A stretch of DNA of 64,000 nucleotides from Spizellomyces punctatus DAOM BR117 (taxonomy: Eukaryota), in assembly GCA_000182565.2 (NCBI GenBank), contig KQ257457.1; one strand, 5' to 3'. Of this stretch, positions 1-10,155 are shown one piece after another. Numbering within the stretch: the first letter of the stretch is position 1; every line of letters starts with the position of its first letter. The notes under the pieces were generated by a model. That model saw only the letters and a list, made by a program, of their open reading frames with translations. It made no database searches and was not told the origin of the DNA. A program made the translations under genes and the position numbers.

Positions 1-644
1 CAAGATTGTCACAATCGCGTTGTTCAAAAAGGGCGGAAGATTCCTTTGGAGATTTTCAGATGTGGGGATGCCAGAGGTTGGGGGGTAAGAACACTCCAAC
101 GAATAGCGAAAGGACAATTTATCTCAAAGGTGAGGCGTCAGGTCTGCAGCACCCCGTCGACTTACCATCTAATTTGCAACGTCGCTTGTGTTCAAGTACG
201 TTGGAGAAATGATTACATCTGAAGAAGCCGAGAAGCGAGGCAAGACGTACGATACAAATGGGGTGACGTTCTTGTTTGATATTGACTATGATATCGGAGA
301 ATATGATGGCGAAGGAGCAAAGTATTGTGTGGATGCGTATCGGAAGGGAAACATCGCTCGGTTTTTCAACCATTCATGCGACCCCAATATTGCCTCGTAC
401 GCGGTATATAATCTCCAGTATGTTCTCTCTGTGTAATCGTTGGTTCATCTATTATTCTTTGCAGGTTTTCATAGATAACTTGTCACCCGAGCAGCATCAA
501 CTTGCTTTTTTTGCCGTGAGAGATGTGGACGAAGGAGAAGAGCTCACATTTGATTATGCAGGAAGCACAAAACCTCATAGATCAAAGCGGGCTACTGCAT
601 GCCTCTGTGGTGCTGAAAATTGCAGAGGATTTGTACCGTTATAA
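1..644 (+). CDS. clr4: 3' part of SUV39/Clr4/DIM-5-like histone H3K9 methyltransferase (SET + post-SET), 5'-truncated by window, 2 introns
   Basis: Spliced reading gives [48 protein letters not shown], the SUV39-type SET/post-SET motifs. Confidence 0.85.
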
Positions 645-1469
645 AAGTTCACTCTAACGCTCAACTATTGCGAAGTTCGTGCCGCCCAATAGCTGAGGCA
701 CAACGTGGTTGCTGTTTGTAGACGAGTGAGAATCATCTGACAAGTATGAAGCCACTCTGCATGCGAGAGTTCATCTTTCATTTCATAGTGTTAATGCGCT
801 TGAAAACGTTAGCTCCTCAGGAGGGTGCGGGGAACTATTGCAGATGATCACTACACAACACCAATCTTCACGTCTGGTCGGTGAGAGGGTCCTGAGTCAT
901 ACCGAACCATTCAAACCGGATCCAAGCGCATGTTGACATAAGCTTCTCCGATGGATGGTCCACAAAACTTACGCCCGCAAGGCAGGCTATTCATCTGCTT
1001 CCAAAGACCAAATTTAGTAGAATTTCTACGACTTGGAAATCTACAGCAAGCGACAAATGTGATTCAGTCCCCAATTCTCGACATATCCAAAGGTGACACG
1101 GGCAGGCTAGTTTGCAACAAGAACATCTGTAGTCGAGCGAGATTTTAGCTGATGAGTTGGTTAAAACTGGTTGTAAGGTCAATAGTGGGGGGATGACATT
1201 ATCTGCTGCCTGCGCTGAGGTGTAAATATACTTGAATGATATATTTATATTTCTATGCAAGTGAGAAGTGGTGACTATTTTTAGTAACAATCGTTAAGGC
1301 GCCTCTTATCGCCTCATTTCCTGGCTGTTCGCAGTTGTTGTGGGACCGTTTCCCGTCCTATCCGAGAGCACTGAATCGGGGACTACAAGACGTAAATAAC
1401 AACAACACAGAAACAAAGTTAATCGATCGTTATCCTTGTCAAAAGCAGAACTTCACGTTGCGGTTTACC

Positions 1470-3130
1470 ATGATTACAGACGAGGTGATGAAGAAAGAAA
1501 CGAGTTCACCTTCTCCTTCCCCTCGCGGCATTGTAAGCTCTCCAACCAACAGCGTTAGTAAATCAATTCCTACAGGCTACCAAAAACAGCCAATTGAGAA
1601 AATGGTTCATGAGAACCAGCCGAAAGCAGCCTCACAGCCTCCAGACGTCGTTCAGCAGACAGCCAGTGCCGCGGAAGACGACGCCGTCCAAGAAAACTTC
1701 CCTTCGGGCCAGCAAATGCCAGTGGCAAGCCAAGTGGATGGTATGCCTGAGTCAGTTGATTGTGGAGAGTTGATGGATATTGACCCCGCTGAACAAGACG
1801 AAGAGGAGGATGACGAATATACAGATTCGGAAGTCAGCAGTTTGCATCCTCAAGATGAGATAGTCACTGCTAGTGACAGAAGATCTTGTGAACGTAAAGA
1901 GTCTATTTTTGAAACGTCAACCGAATCACTCCTGCGCAATGCAGAAAGAGGCCCTAGGCGCAAGCCAAAACGCAAGCGAACCTCGCCCGAACAGCTATCG
2001 GATCTCCTCTCCGTTTTCGATAAAACCGACACACCCTCCTACGAAATTCGGGAGCAGCTAGCGAAGAAGTTGAGAATGACGAATCGCGAGGTTCAGGTAC
2101 AAAGTTGCAATTTTCACGTTAGCGTTGCTCCAATGATCGCTAATCTTAATCCTGGGGGTGTTAGGTGTGGTTTCAAAATAGGCGAGCTAAAATGAATCGC
2201 AACAAAAGCGGTGCAGAAAAGCGAGCAATCGGAACTTCCCCTACTGCGGGCAACAGTAAGAGAGAATCGATATCTTCTGGCTCCGGCAGGCGCAGTTCCA
2301 GTGCCCAGCAGCTTCCCATTTCTATGTCCAGACGTAGCAGCGTGCTCGTTCCACATCCCGGTAACCGTCGCCCAACACTCCTCATCAACCCAATGATCCC
2401 CATGGCACCAAATGCGGCTGTCTCGCCAATGGTCCCGTTCATTACTAGTCAAGGTCACTTTGTCAACCCTGCCCTGACTGCAACCGGCACCACGATGCCC
2501 CAATTTATCGCTCCAATGTTTGTTCCGCCAAGCACTCCCGTTTCGTCAAACGCCCCGCGACAACAGCAATCAAAATCTTCACAAGCCGCAACGACGCAGC
2601 CTGCTTCAGTCCCACACTTCTTTCCACCGCCGACCATGATCTATCCTATGCCACAGTATATCATACCCTTTCCTTACCAAGCTATCGGTCAGCAACCCGC
2701 TCTGGCCCAAGCTGCCGGGGGGACACATATGACTGCATTTCCCCTTATGGCAGCCAGGCGTGCCTCTCAGTCGACAGTGAAAACCAAGGAGAGTAATTCC
2801 ATGTCCGCACCAAACTATATTGCAAAATCAGATCCGAAAAGCGTAGTACAGGCCTTAAACCAATCACGCTCAATGACATCGGACGGTCAAGTTTTAGGCT
2901 CGTCGTCTGCAGTGGCCAACAAACTAGAGCCGAAGCTCCGCACTTCTGCGGATTCGACAGGCAAGGAAGATGACGCTACAGCCGCGGCAGAGTTGCTTTT
3001 AAATGCAGCTCACATCATGAGCCGCCGTGCATCAATGTCTGCCGAAGCTGTGGAGGCGGAACGAAACAACAAGGCGATATCAATTGGACAGGATAAGGGC
3101 CCATCTGAAAAGATCTGGAGGCCGTGGTAG
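1470..3130 (+). CDS. Homeodomain transcription factor with C-terminal WRPW motif (intron ~2097-2164)
   Basis: RKRTSPEQL..L..VF..P....RE.LA..L.MT.REVQ|VWFQNRRAK homeodomain joined across a GT-AG intron; protein ends EKIWRPW*. Confidence 0.9.
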
Positions 3131-3324
3131 TGGCACCTCATGTCTGGAGATGTTGGTTGGGATGGGAACTTTGTGTATCTTTTCTTTTTCCCTTGAATTT
3201 TATCGTTAAAGAGATGTCAGACTGTGCATTTGGTCACGTTTGTCCTCTCCTCAAGTAAATGATCATTATCTATTTACACAATCGAAAATTACTACAAATA
3301 ATAAACGACAGAGTCCTTCATACT

Positions 3325-5519
3325 TCACATCATCGCCTTCAGCCCAGAAAAGTCTTCAGGATACGCTGGATTCCACATGCGTTCTTGCACGTAAGTCAGC
3401 AGCGCAGCAGCTCTTTCCTCGTCCCGCAAGGTAGCAGCTGGTACGGGTTGACCTGGGCTGGCGCCATACATGCGAACAATGGCAGGTTCATGAGCCAAAC
3501 CCTGTTGACCGCGCACATTAGTACAATGGTTCCATTCGTGCGATGAATATGAATCGCCTTACCTCACGTAGAGCCGTGTGAATCACGTCTCGGGCGATCA
3601 AAGCAGAGATCTCCCGAATGCGTTGCAATCGTGGGTATAAGCGCTGCTCACTCCGCTCCTCTTCTGTCAAGGATTCAGCCAGAGTGACGGCACTCTGGTA
3701 GACCATGTCATCGGTGACACGCTCCGCCTTCGCAAGGACAGTGCCGCGCCCAAGACCTGGGAAGATGTACATATTGTTGCCCTGCCCAGGCTCCAGCACT
3801 TGTTTGCTGTAGGGATCGAGAAAAGCCGGGAACGCCGTACCGGAGGCAAAAAGTACTTTTCCTTTTGTGTGAATCATCGCTTGCTCAAATGTACACTCTG
3901 CATTCTACGCCAGGAGAAACTGCCTGTAAGCCAATTGACCTTTGTTCCCAACGTGCGTACACTCATCCTGGCCTACCGTCAAGGGATTCGAAAGAGGGAA
4001 GATAATCGGTCGGTCGTTCATTGAAGCCATGAGCTCTATGATATCTGGCGTAAATGCTCCACCTTGACTTGCGAGCCCAATCAAAGCTGTGGGTTGAACG
4101 TAGTTGATCACATCCGCGAGAGTTTTGAATTGCTTGCCGCCGTTGTCCGAGCGAGCAAAGAGTGTTTTATGCTGAGGAAGTTTATCACCGCGGTCAAATG
4201 TCACCAGTCCTTTTGAATCTACAAGCCAAAATACATCTCTTGCAGCCTCTGGGCTCATCCCTCCAGATTTGATAAAATGATCCTTCAACTGGCTCGCGAC
4301 GCCAACCCCTGCAGAACCAGCTCCGAAGAACAGGATTCTATGCTTGTTCAATGGGACACCGGACATGGTCAAGGCGTTGATGAAACCGGACAGAATCACG
4401 GCGCCCGTCCCTTGTATGTCGTCATTGAAGCACAGGTATTCGTTCCGATATCGATCCAGAGTTTGGAAGGCATGTTCAGAACTGAAATCCTCGAATTGCA
4501 CTAGCATCTGCAGGATACGGGACGAAGGACATCAGAACAGCCGGCATACTTTAAGGGGCTGTAGTAAAATATGTCTCACATTTGGCCATTTCTTGCGTAG
4601 AGCCGCCATCACACTGTCAATATAATCAAAAAAATCTGGATCGCTTGGTCTTCGGCAACGCAGACCAAGGTACAAAGGGTCATTCAGGTACTTGTCGTTA
4701 TTCGTTCCCATGTCCAGGGTGATGGGAAGAGTACGAGAAGGGTCGAAGCCGGCGGCAGCGATGTACAAGGACAGTTTGCCGATTGGGATTCCCATGCCAT
4801 TTACCCCTGAGGTGAAATGCAACAGTGAGCACACACCTGGGATGGAGCCCATCTAATGTCCAGACGTACCTAAATCGCCCAAACCGAGAATACGGCTGCC
4901 ATCCGTGATAACGCATATTTCCGGGTTAGGATATGGCCAGTTGTCGAGAATTTCCGGAATATGATCCTTATCCTCCTTGGATAAAAAGAGACCTTCGACA
5001 AGACCAGGTGTATAGATGAGGGAGAATTTCTGACATGCCTCGCCCACAACAGGGGTATAGATGAGTGGTGTAATTTGCTGTTGTTTACAAGTCGGCAAAT
5101 TAGCATATATGAAACTCGAAAGGGTGAGTTTCCACGGTCCGGACACTTACAGTCAAATGATCAATGACGACACGATAGAAAAGGGTAACGTTTTCGCTCT
5201 TAAGACGAGATAGGTAGCAATACTTTTCAATGGGAGACTCCAAGGTATTAAGGAACGTGATTACACGTTCAATCTGTTGATCAAGAGTCTCCTGCGTAGG
5301 GGGAACAAGTCCTCGCAGACGGAGGCTGGTGCGGAGCTGTGGAGGAAATGATGTTCCTGTATTGAAATACTACATCAAAAATCGTCCAGATGTGAAGCAA
5401 CTAGTAAGCAATCAAGAAAATATTATAATACCTTGATTGATGTGTCTACTTTTTAGCACGGACATTCCACCTTTCAGGGGGGAGACGGTGTGCTTGTCGT
5501 TGATAGTTGTATTTGGCAT
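3325..5519 (-). CDS. MAE1: NAD(P)-dependent malic enzyme, multi-exon
   Basis: Motifs IYTPVVGEAC, ITDGSRILGLGDLG, QFEDF, FNDDIQGTG, FGAGSAG, IIFPLSNP, PGQGNNMYIFPG. Confidence 0.95.
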
Positions 5520-6582
5520 TTTCAGGGTAGCTTGAAGGAGGGAGGGTGGTAGCAATCCTGTATAGTTGGCTGTTGGAGATAAAGGACGCGTATGGAGGGT
5601 TGGTGAGGACCAACGGCCGGTGGAGGTGATCCCTCGCAACTGCGAGTGTGAGAGGCCCACAGGTTTTCGGGCAGATCTCATGACTAGCACCACGCTCCGC
5701 TATGGTGGTAAGATGGGTACAGGTAGCGGTGCAGTCTCCGAATGCTGATCAGGATGAGCCACTTCGAACACGAGTCAGGGCAAATGAAGCTACACGGCAA
5801 CTGCAGCGACGACGTGATTCCTTTCGATTCTGGAATCAGCGCTATCAGCTCATTGCGCACCCACTAGCCCCCCAAGATTTGCATGGCCTGCACGCCAAAA
5901 AGCACCCAGCGGCCATTTCTTCCTCTCAACACGCTGCACCCATACCTCCCACGCACTTCATTCACCTACCTTGGACAAAGAGGCACGGCCGGTCTCACTG
6001 GAGTTGATCGTATTGAAAGGAAGAAACCTTGCAAGCCAAGTGAGGAACTTTGAACGGGATGACAGGCAGAAAACCGACAGGGTGCGGATAAAGTCAACCG
6101 GAACGGGAAGAAGAAACGGGCGGACGAACGCGAGGACGGGGGGTTTTTATACGGCAAAGCCCAGTGAAAGATCTTATCTTGACGTCACACATGAGTCATT
6201 ATAGCAACCATCACATCCGGATTCAAATGTCCCAACCATCAGATCCATTTTGACAAATGTCACCGCAAATGTCATCAATACCCATTAGATCACATTAGAA
6301 TGACATTCCACTCAGCTACGGACAGCGCCGCAATGCTTAATTTGTGCGACAATCGGAAGTTTCCGGCTGCCATAGCAATCACAATGCCAGTAACACAGCT
6401 CCTGCCAGCACGTGAAGGATTCATTGACAGGTGGTATCACGTGTCTGTCATGACAACCCAGAGGTATTTCTATGAGTCATTGAGAAAACAAGATTCCTAA
6501 AGCTTCCAACCGACAGTTTGAACAGTTTTGCCTCTTGTCAATCATTGTCATCACGCTTCCTCCCACGCACACATCAATCGAA

Positions 6583-7192
6583 ATGGCCCGTCAACGTCGC
6601 TCTGCTGCCCCGTCCCGTCCATCGGCTCAGCATACCCAGACACGCCCCGCAACCACTGCGGCACACGCTCCAGCAGCTCATCCCCCTGCGCCCGCAGCTC
6701 CTGCTCCCCCTGCCCACGTTCCTTCCGCTGCACCTCAGCAGCCGGGTATTTTCGCCCAGATGGCTTCGACAGCTGCTGGCGTAGCTGTTGGTAGTGCGGT
6801 GAGTGGATGCTTGTCCTGATACTTGTTTTGCTACCGTTCAAGTTAGCTAATTCTATGATTAGGTTGGGCACACTATTGGAGCTGGATTGACCGGAATGTT
6901 TGGTGGCGGTTCCTCAGCTCCAGCCCCTGCCGAGCAGGCACCTCCTCAGCAACACGTGCAATCCCAGCATTTCGCTCAGAACCAGACGGCGTTCGCCGCC
7001 TGTGAACCTGACCAGAAGGCATTCCTCCGGTGTTTGGATCAGAACTCAAATGATATTAATGCCTGGTAAGAGAATGTGATTTTTGGTGATCGAGGATATT
7101 TGATCTCAATTTGCTTATCACGGCATTTTAGCCAATTCTACCTTGATATGTTGAAGCAGTGCCAGGCTGCCTCTCGACAGACTCTGGCCTAG
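6583..7192 (+). CDS. MIX17: Mitochondrial CHCH-domain protein Mix17/CHCHD2 family (2 introns)
   Basis: [63 protein letters not shown] twin CX9C. Confidence 0.92.
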
Positions 7193-7540
7193 GTGGTGTC
7201 CGGATATGGAGACAATCTGTGTGGCAAATTCATAGAAGGTCGCTGGGCCGAATAATATATAAAGGGGTTTTCTGCTTTCTACTGCTCACACATGATATTC
7301 AGTCGTTTTATTCCTTCCATCCTGCGACCTTGTCATGTTTCTGTAATCTCAGAAAACCTGCATCCACTGGGAAGGGTACACGTTCCTGAGCACTGCACTT
7401 ATTAAAGAGGTTTCAATGGTTTTGTCCCGAGCGATGAGAATTGAAAATTGGAAAGTTCGTTAAGATGACTTGTTAAATATTCACAATAAACACAACTTTG
7501 TTCACTTCATATGCAATCGGCTAACACATGCCCATAACTA

Positions 7541-7699
7541 CAACTCGTAGTGAAGAGATGATGGGTCAAGCATAGCAGGAACATTGCAGTGCGTGCGTTA
7601 ACCAGGTTTGATATATGACCTACTGGAATACTTAAGTAATTGCGACCTTAATAGACCAGTTCAAACCCTCTGCTATGATGGTTTCTTCACTACGAGTTG
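7541..7699. mobile_element. Small MITE-like element / 16-bp perfect inverted repeat
   Basis: CAACTCGTAGTGAAGA (7541-7556) is the exact reverse complement of TCTTCACTACGAGTTG (7684-7699); internal CATAGCAG/CTGCTATG also pair; TA on left flank. Confidence 0.55.
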
Positions 7700-8242
7700 C
7701 ATACAGTATGTAGACTGACCACTGTCAGCTCACGTGATCCGTAGGCGGAACTGGTTTCTGTCTTCAACAACCTCACGTGTGATCACGGGGGTAAGTGGTT
7801 AATGTCCACATACTGTACATAACCATCAAGGTTAACAGGCTCGAGGCCCGATTATTCCCATTCAACAGGCTCGGTGCCGACTATTCGTTGAACGTCCAAG
7901 AACCTTTCTGATGTCGTCTTGGGTTCCTGAAATCTCATACTCACATCGCATTCTGTAACCATATAATTATGTATCACGAAGTTCGCTCAATGAGAACATG
8001 AAATCAACTCACTCGGCTGCATATATGAGCGAAATGATGAAGTTCATTCTTTTAGGGTCGTGGCATCGGCTTTCATCGAATCTTGACTGCGCAGAAGCAC
8101 TCGCTGATTGTCAAGCAGATCGGAGATTTCCACGCTTTCTCGTGGCCGCCATATCGTCTTCTATAGATTCTTTATTGCGAAGAATCCGTCGCCCCGACGA
8201 TTTCTTGGACCGTCTATCCCGAAAGCTTGATTTTTCACACTG

Positions 8243-8650
8243 CGGGAGGTAGGTTATTGAGGCGCGAGGGGAGGGAGGTGGGTTGTTGCGGGAGGTAGGT
8301 TATTGACGTGCGCGCGAGAGAGGGAGGAATGTTATTGAGGCAAGTAGGTGATTGAGACGCACGCGCGAGGGAGGGAGGAATGCATGTTATTGAGGGAAGT
8401 AGGTTATTGAGCCGCGCGCGCGAGGGAGGGAGGAATGTAGGTTATTGAGGGAAGTAGGTTATTGACGCGCGCGCGAGGGAGGAGGGATGTAGGTTATCGC
8501 GAAGTAGGTTATTGAGGCGAGGAATGTAGCTTATCGCGGAAGTAGGTTATTGAGGCGAGGGATGTAGGTTATTGAGGGAGGTAGGTTATTGGCCTCAATC
8601 GCGCCAGGGAAGTATGTTATTGCGGGAGGGGAGGTAGGTCATTGTGTTGA
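8243..8650 (+). repeat. Degenerate G-rich minisatellite of ~16 GTAGGTTATT(GA) motifs separated by CGCGCG/GGGAGGGAGG spacers
   Basis: Motif read directly at ~8249, 8294, 8345, 8399, 8437, 8454, 8489, 8504, 8526, 8542, 8563, 8581, 8612, 8634 plus truncated copies. Confidence 0.9.
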
Positions 8651-9314
8651 ATTGCTGTGGATGATGGAGGGGGGGAGGGGAGGGGGACTCGGGAATGCCT
8701 CTCTTTTATGTGAAAATCCGCCCGTGCAAGAGACTGCGCAAAAGATCTAGGCTAAAATGCCCCCACATGGACTGGGCGTTATCTTCCCTTCTTCTCCTTT
8801 CCCCCTTAATGACATCCATCTCTATATCGATGTAACCACACCACAAGCGGTTCGAATGGAATACCCCATACAAAAGGGGAACATTTGTATGATTCCAATG
8901 GAAACCATGGGTTTATTTCTCGTCTTGTTCTGTCCCTGAAAGTAGCCACCAGGGCCACCATGGTCTACACCAGGATGACAGCGTTTTGTGTTATCTGATT
9001 ACGCGAGTCTCTATCATCGTATTATGTAAAAGGTGAGGGTCTCTTGTTGCGGATATTCGCATCACTGGTTCGACTTCAATCGATATATAGGCAGAGGTAC
9101 ATACATAGTGTGTGGGAAAATAGAAATGTCAGTGCCACGGAGCATTGCAGCCAGTGAATTAACCACACTTATTGTGAACCTCACGAAGATAAACAAAAAA
9201 ACGGGTCCAATATGTGCAGCCATGAACGGTGCAATTACTACATCTATGAGAAGAATATTCTGCAGTTTGCCACCTGCATGATGCTCTATGACTCAATCTA
9301 TCCACTCTTTTTTC

Positions 9315-9322
9315 TATATAAA
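9315..9322 (+). promoter_or_regulatory. TATA box of ghost element A cassette
   Basis: TATATAAA starting 100 nt upstream of ATG 9415; same spacing in copy B. Confidence 0.6.
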
Positions 9323-9414
9323 CCCCCCCTTGTCTGCCCCCCATCTTGTTTCTTTATCCCTCGACTCTCAAAGCATCTGCCCAACGCTCACGCAGCACTC
9401 TCAAGTCCATCATC

Positions 9415-9692
9415 ATGAGAATGCCGCTCTGGTGTCGAGGTCCTCGCCCTCCCGACAAAAACAACATAACCCCTTGCAAACACTATTACTGCTATGCTGT
9501 AATGATCGCAGGTATGCATTATCTTTGTATTTTCCCACGCCCGTATTCCGAGTCTAATTCTGATATACCTTAGTATCTGAACATCCTCCGACTAAAGAAT
9601 TTCGGAAGGGCTTAGTAGGATTTCTCTCGTGTGGTGGGCTTAGTTACCCAGTTAGAACAACCGTAATGTATTGCATGTGTAATTGGGTCTAG
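9415..9692 (+). CDS. Putative spliced 71-aa micro-ORF inside ghost element A (exons 9415-9511, 9574-9692)
   Basis: GTATGC..GTCTAAT..TTAG intron; spliced peptide MRMPLWCRGPRPPDKNNITPC...KGLVGFLSCGGLSYPVRTTVMYCMCNWV*; homologous ORF in copy B. Confidence 0.45.
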
Positions 9693-9728
9693 TGGTAGTT
9701 GGTTGGTTGTAAGGAGAGAATTACTTGG

Positions 9729-9817
9729 CTTTTCCGAACCAGTTATCGCTGGTTTATTCCCTGGTGTATTGTGTTGTGACATTTGTTATTGCCAATACAC
9801 TAAATCACATGAATAGC
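9729..9817 (+). ncRNA. Fanzor omegaRNA-like RNA: 74-nt scaffold (9729-9802) + ~15-nt guide AATCACATGAATAGC
   Basis: TTTTCCG-AACCAG/CTGGTT stem-TATTCCCTG-GTGTATTG/CAATACAC stem-TA, matching the architecture and (from memory) sequence blocks of the Spizellomyces punctatus Fz1 omegaRNA. Confidence 0.8.
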
Positions 9818-10155
9818 ATCATGCATCACAAATCTGGCAATCCGTTTCCAACCATGGACACCATGGCAACGACGTGACTCATCGTAGACTGGGAGCGATT
9901 TCCAATTCTGCAAATGCACTCCACAAGCAAACATGTTGATCAAGGCATTCTCCGTGCGCTCGCTGCAAAAAAATTTGGGAGTGGGGAATGGCGCTAACGT
10001 GCAGGTCCCGTTGCTCAAGAAGGTTACCGTGGTATTCGGTACAGATAAATGTCCAGCAAAGTCGTCACTAAGGTATCGTGCACCGCGACAGTGTTGTCCT
10101 CTACACTGGCTTGGTTAGCCGGTATTAATAGTCTCTTCTCCTAGCTCCTTTTACG

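Larger units (their letters stand above)
9108..9800 (+). mobile_element. Non-autonomous Fanzor1-type 'ghost' TIR element (693 bp), copy A
   Basis: CATA at 9104-9107; TA duplicated at 9106-9107 and 9801-9802; left end GTGTGTGGGAAAATAGAAATGTCA imperfectly complementary to right end TGACATTTGTTATTGCCAATACAC; right end carries omegaRNA-like scaffold; homologous to 47162-47809. Confidence 0.85.

Noticed and set aside
7998-8252. 84-aa ORF next to the minisatellite
   Set aside because: No recognisable motif in the frames checked on either strand and no splice support
8243-8650. CRISPR-like or telomeric array
   Set aside because: Spacers are short, variable in length and similar to each other; no palindromic repeat, no cas genes, and no TTAGGG periodicity
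9300-9800. Solo LTR interpretation of the shared ~500-bp repeat
   Set aside because: Ends are GTG..CAC TIRs with a TA duplication rather than TG..CA with a 4-6-bp TSD, and there is no PBS or PPT
9108-9800. Residual Fanzor/TnpB coding sequence inside the ghosts
   Set aside because: No RuvC (D..E..D) or zinc-finger motifs recognised in the frames read; no Fanzor or transposase ORF recognised anywhere in the window
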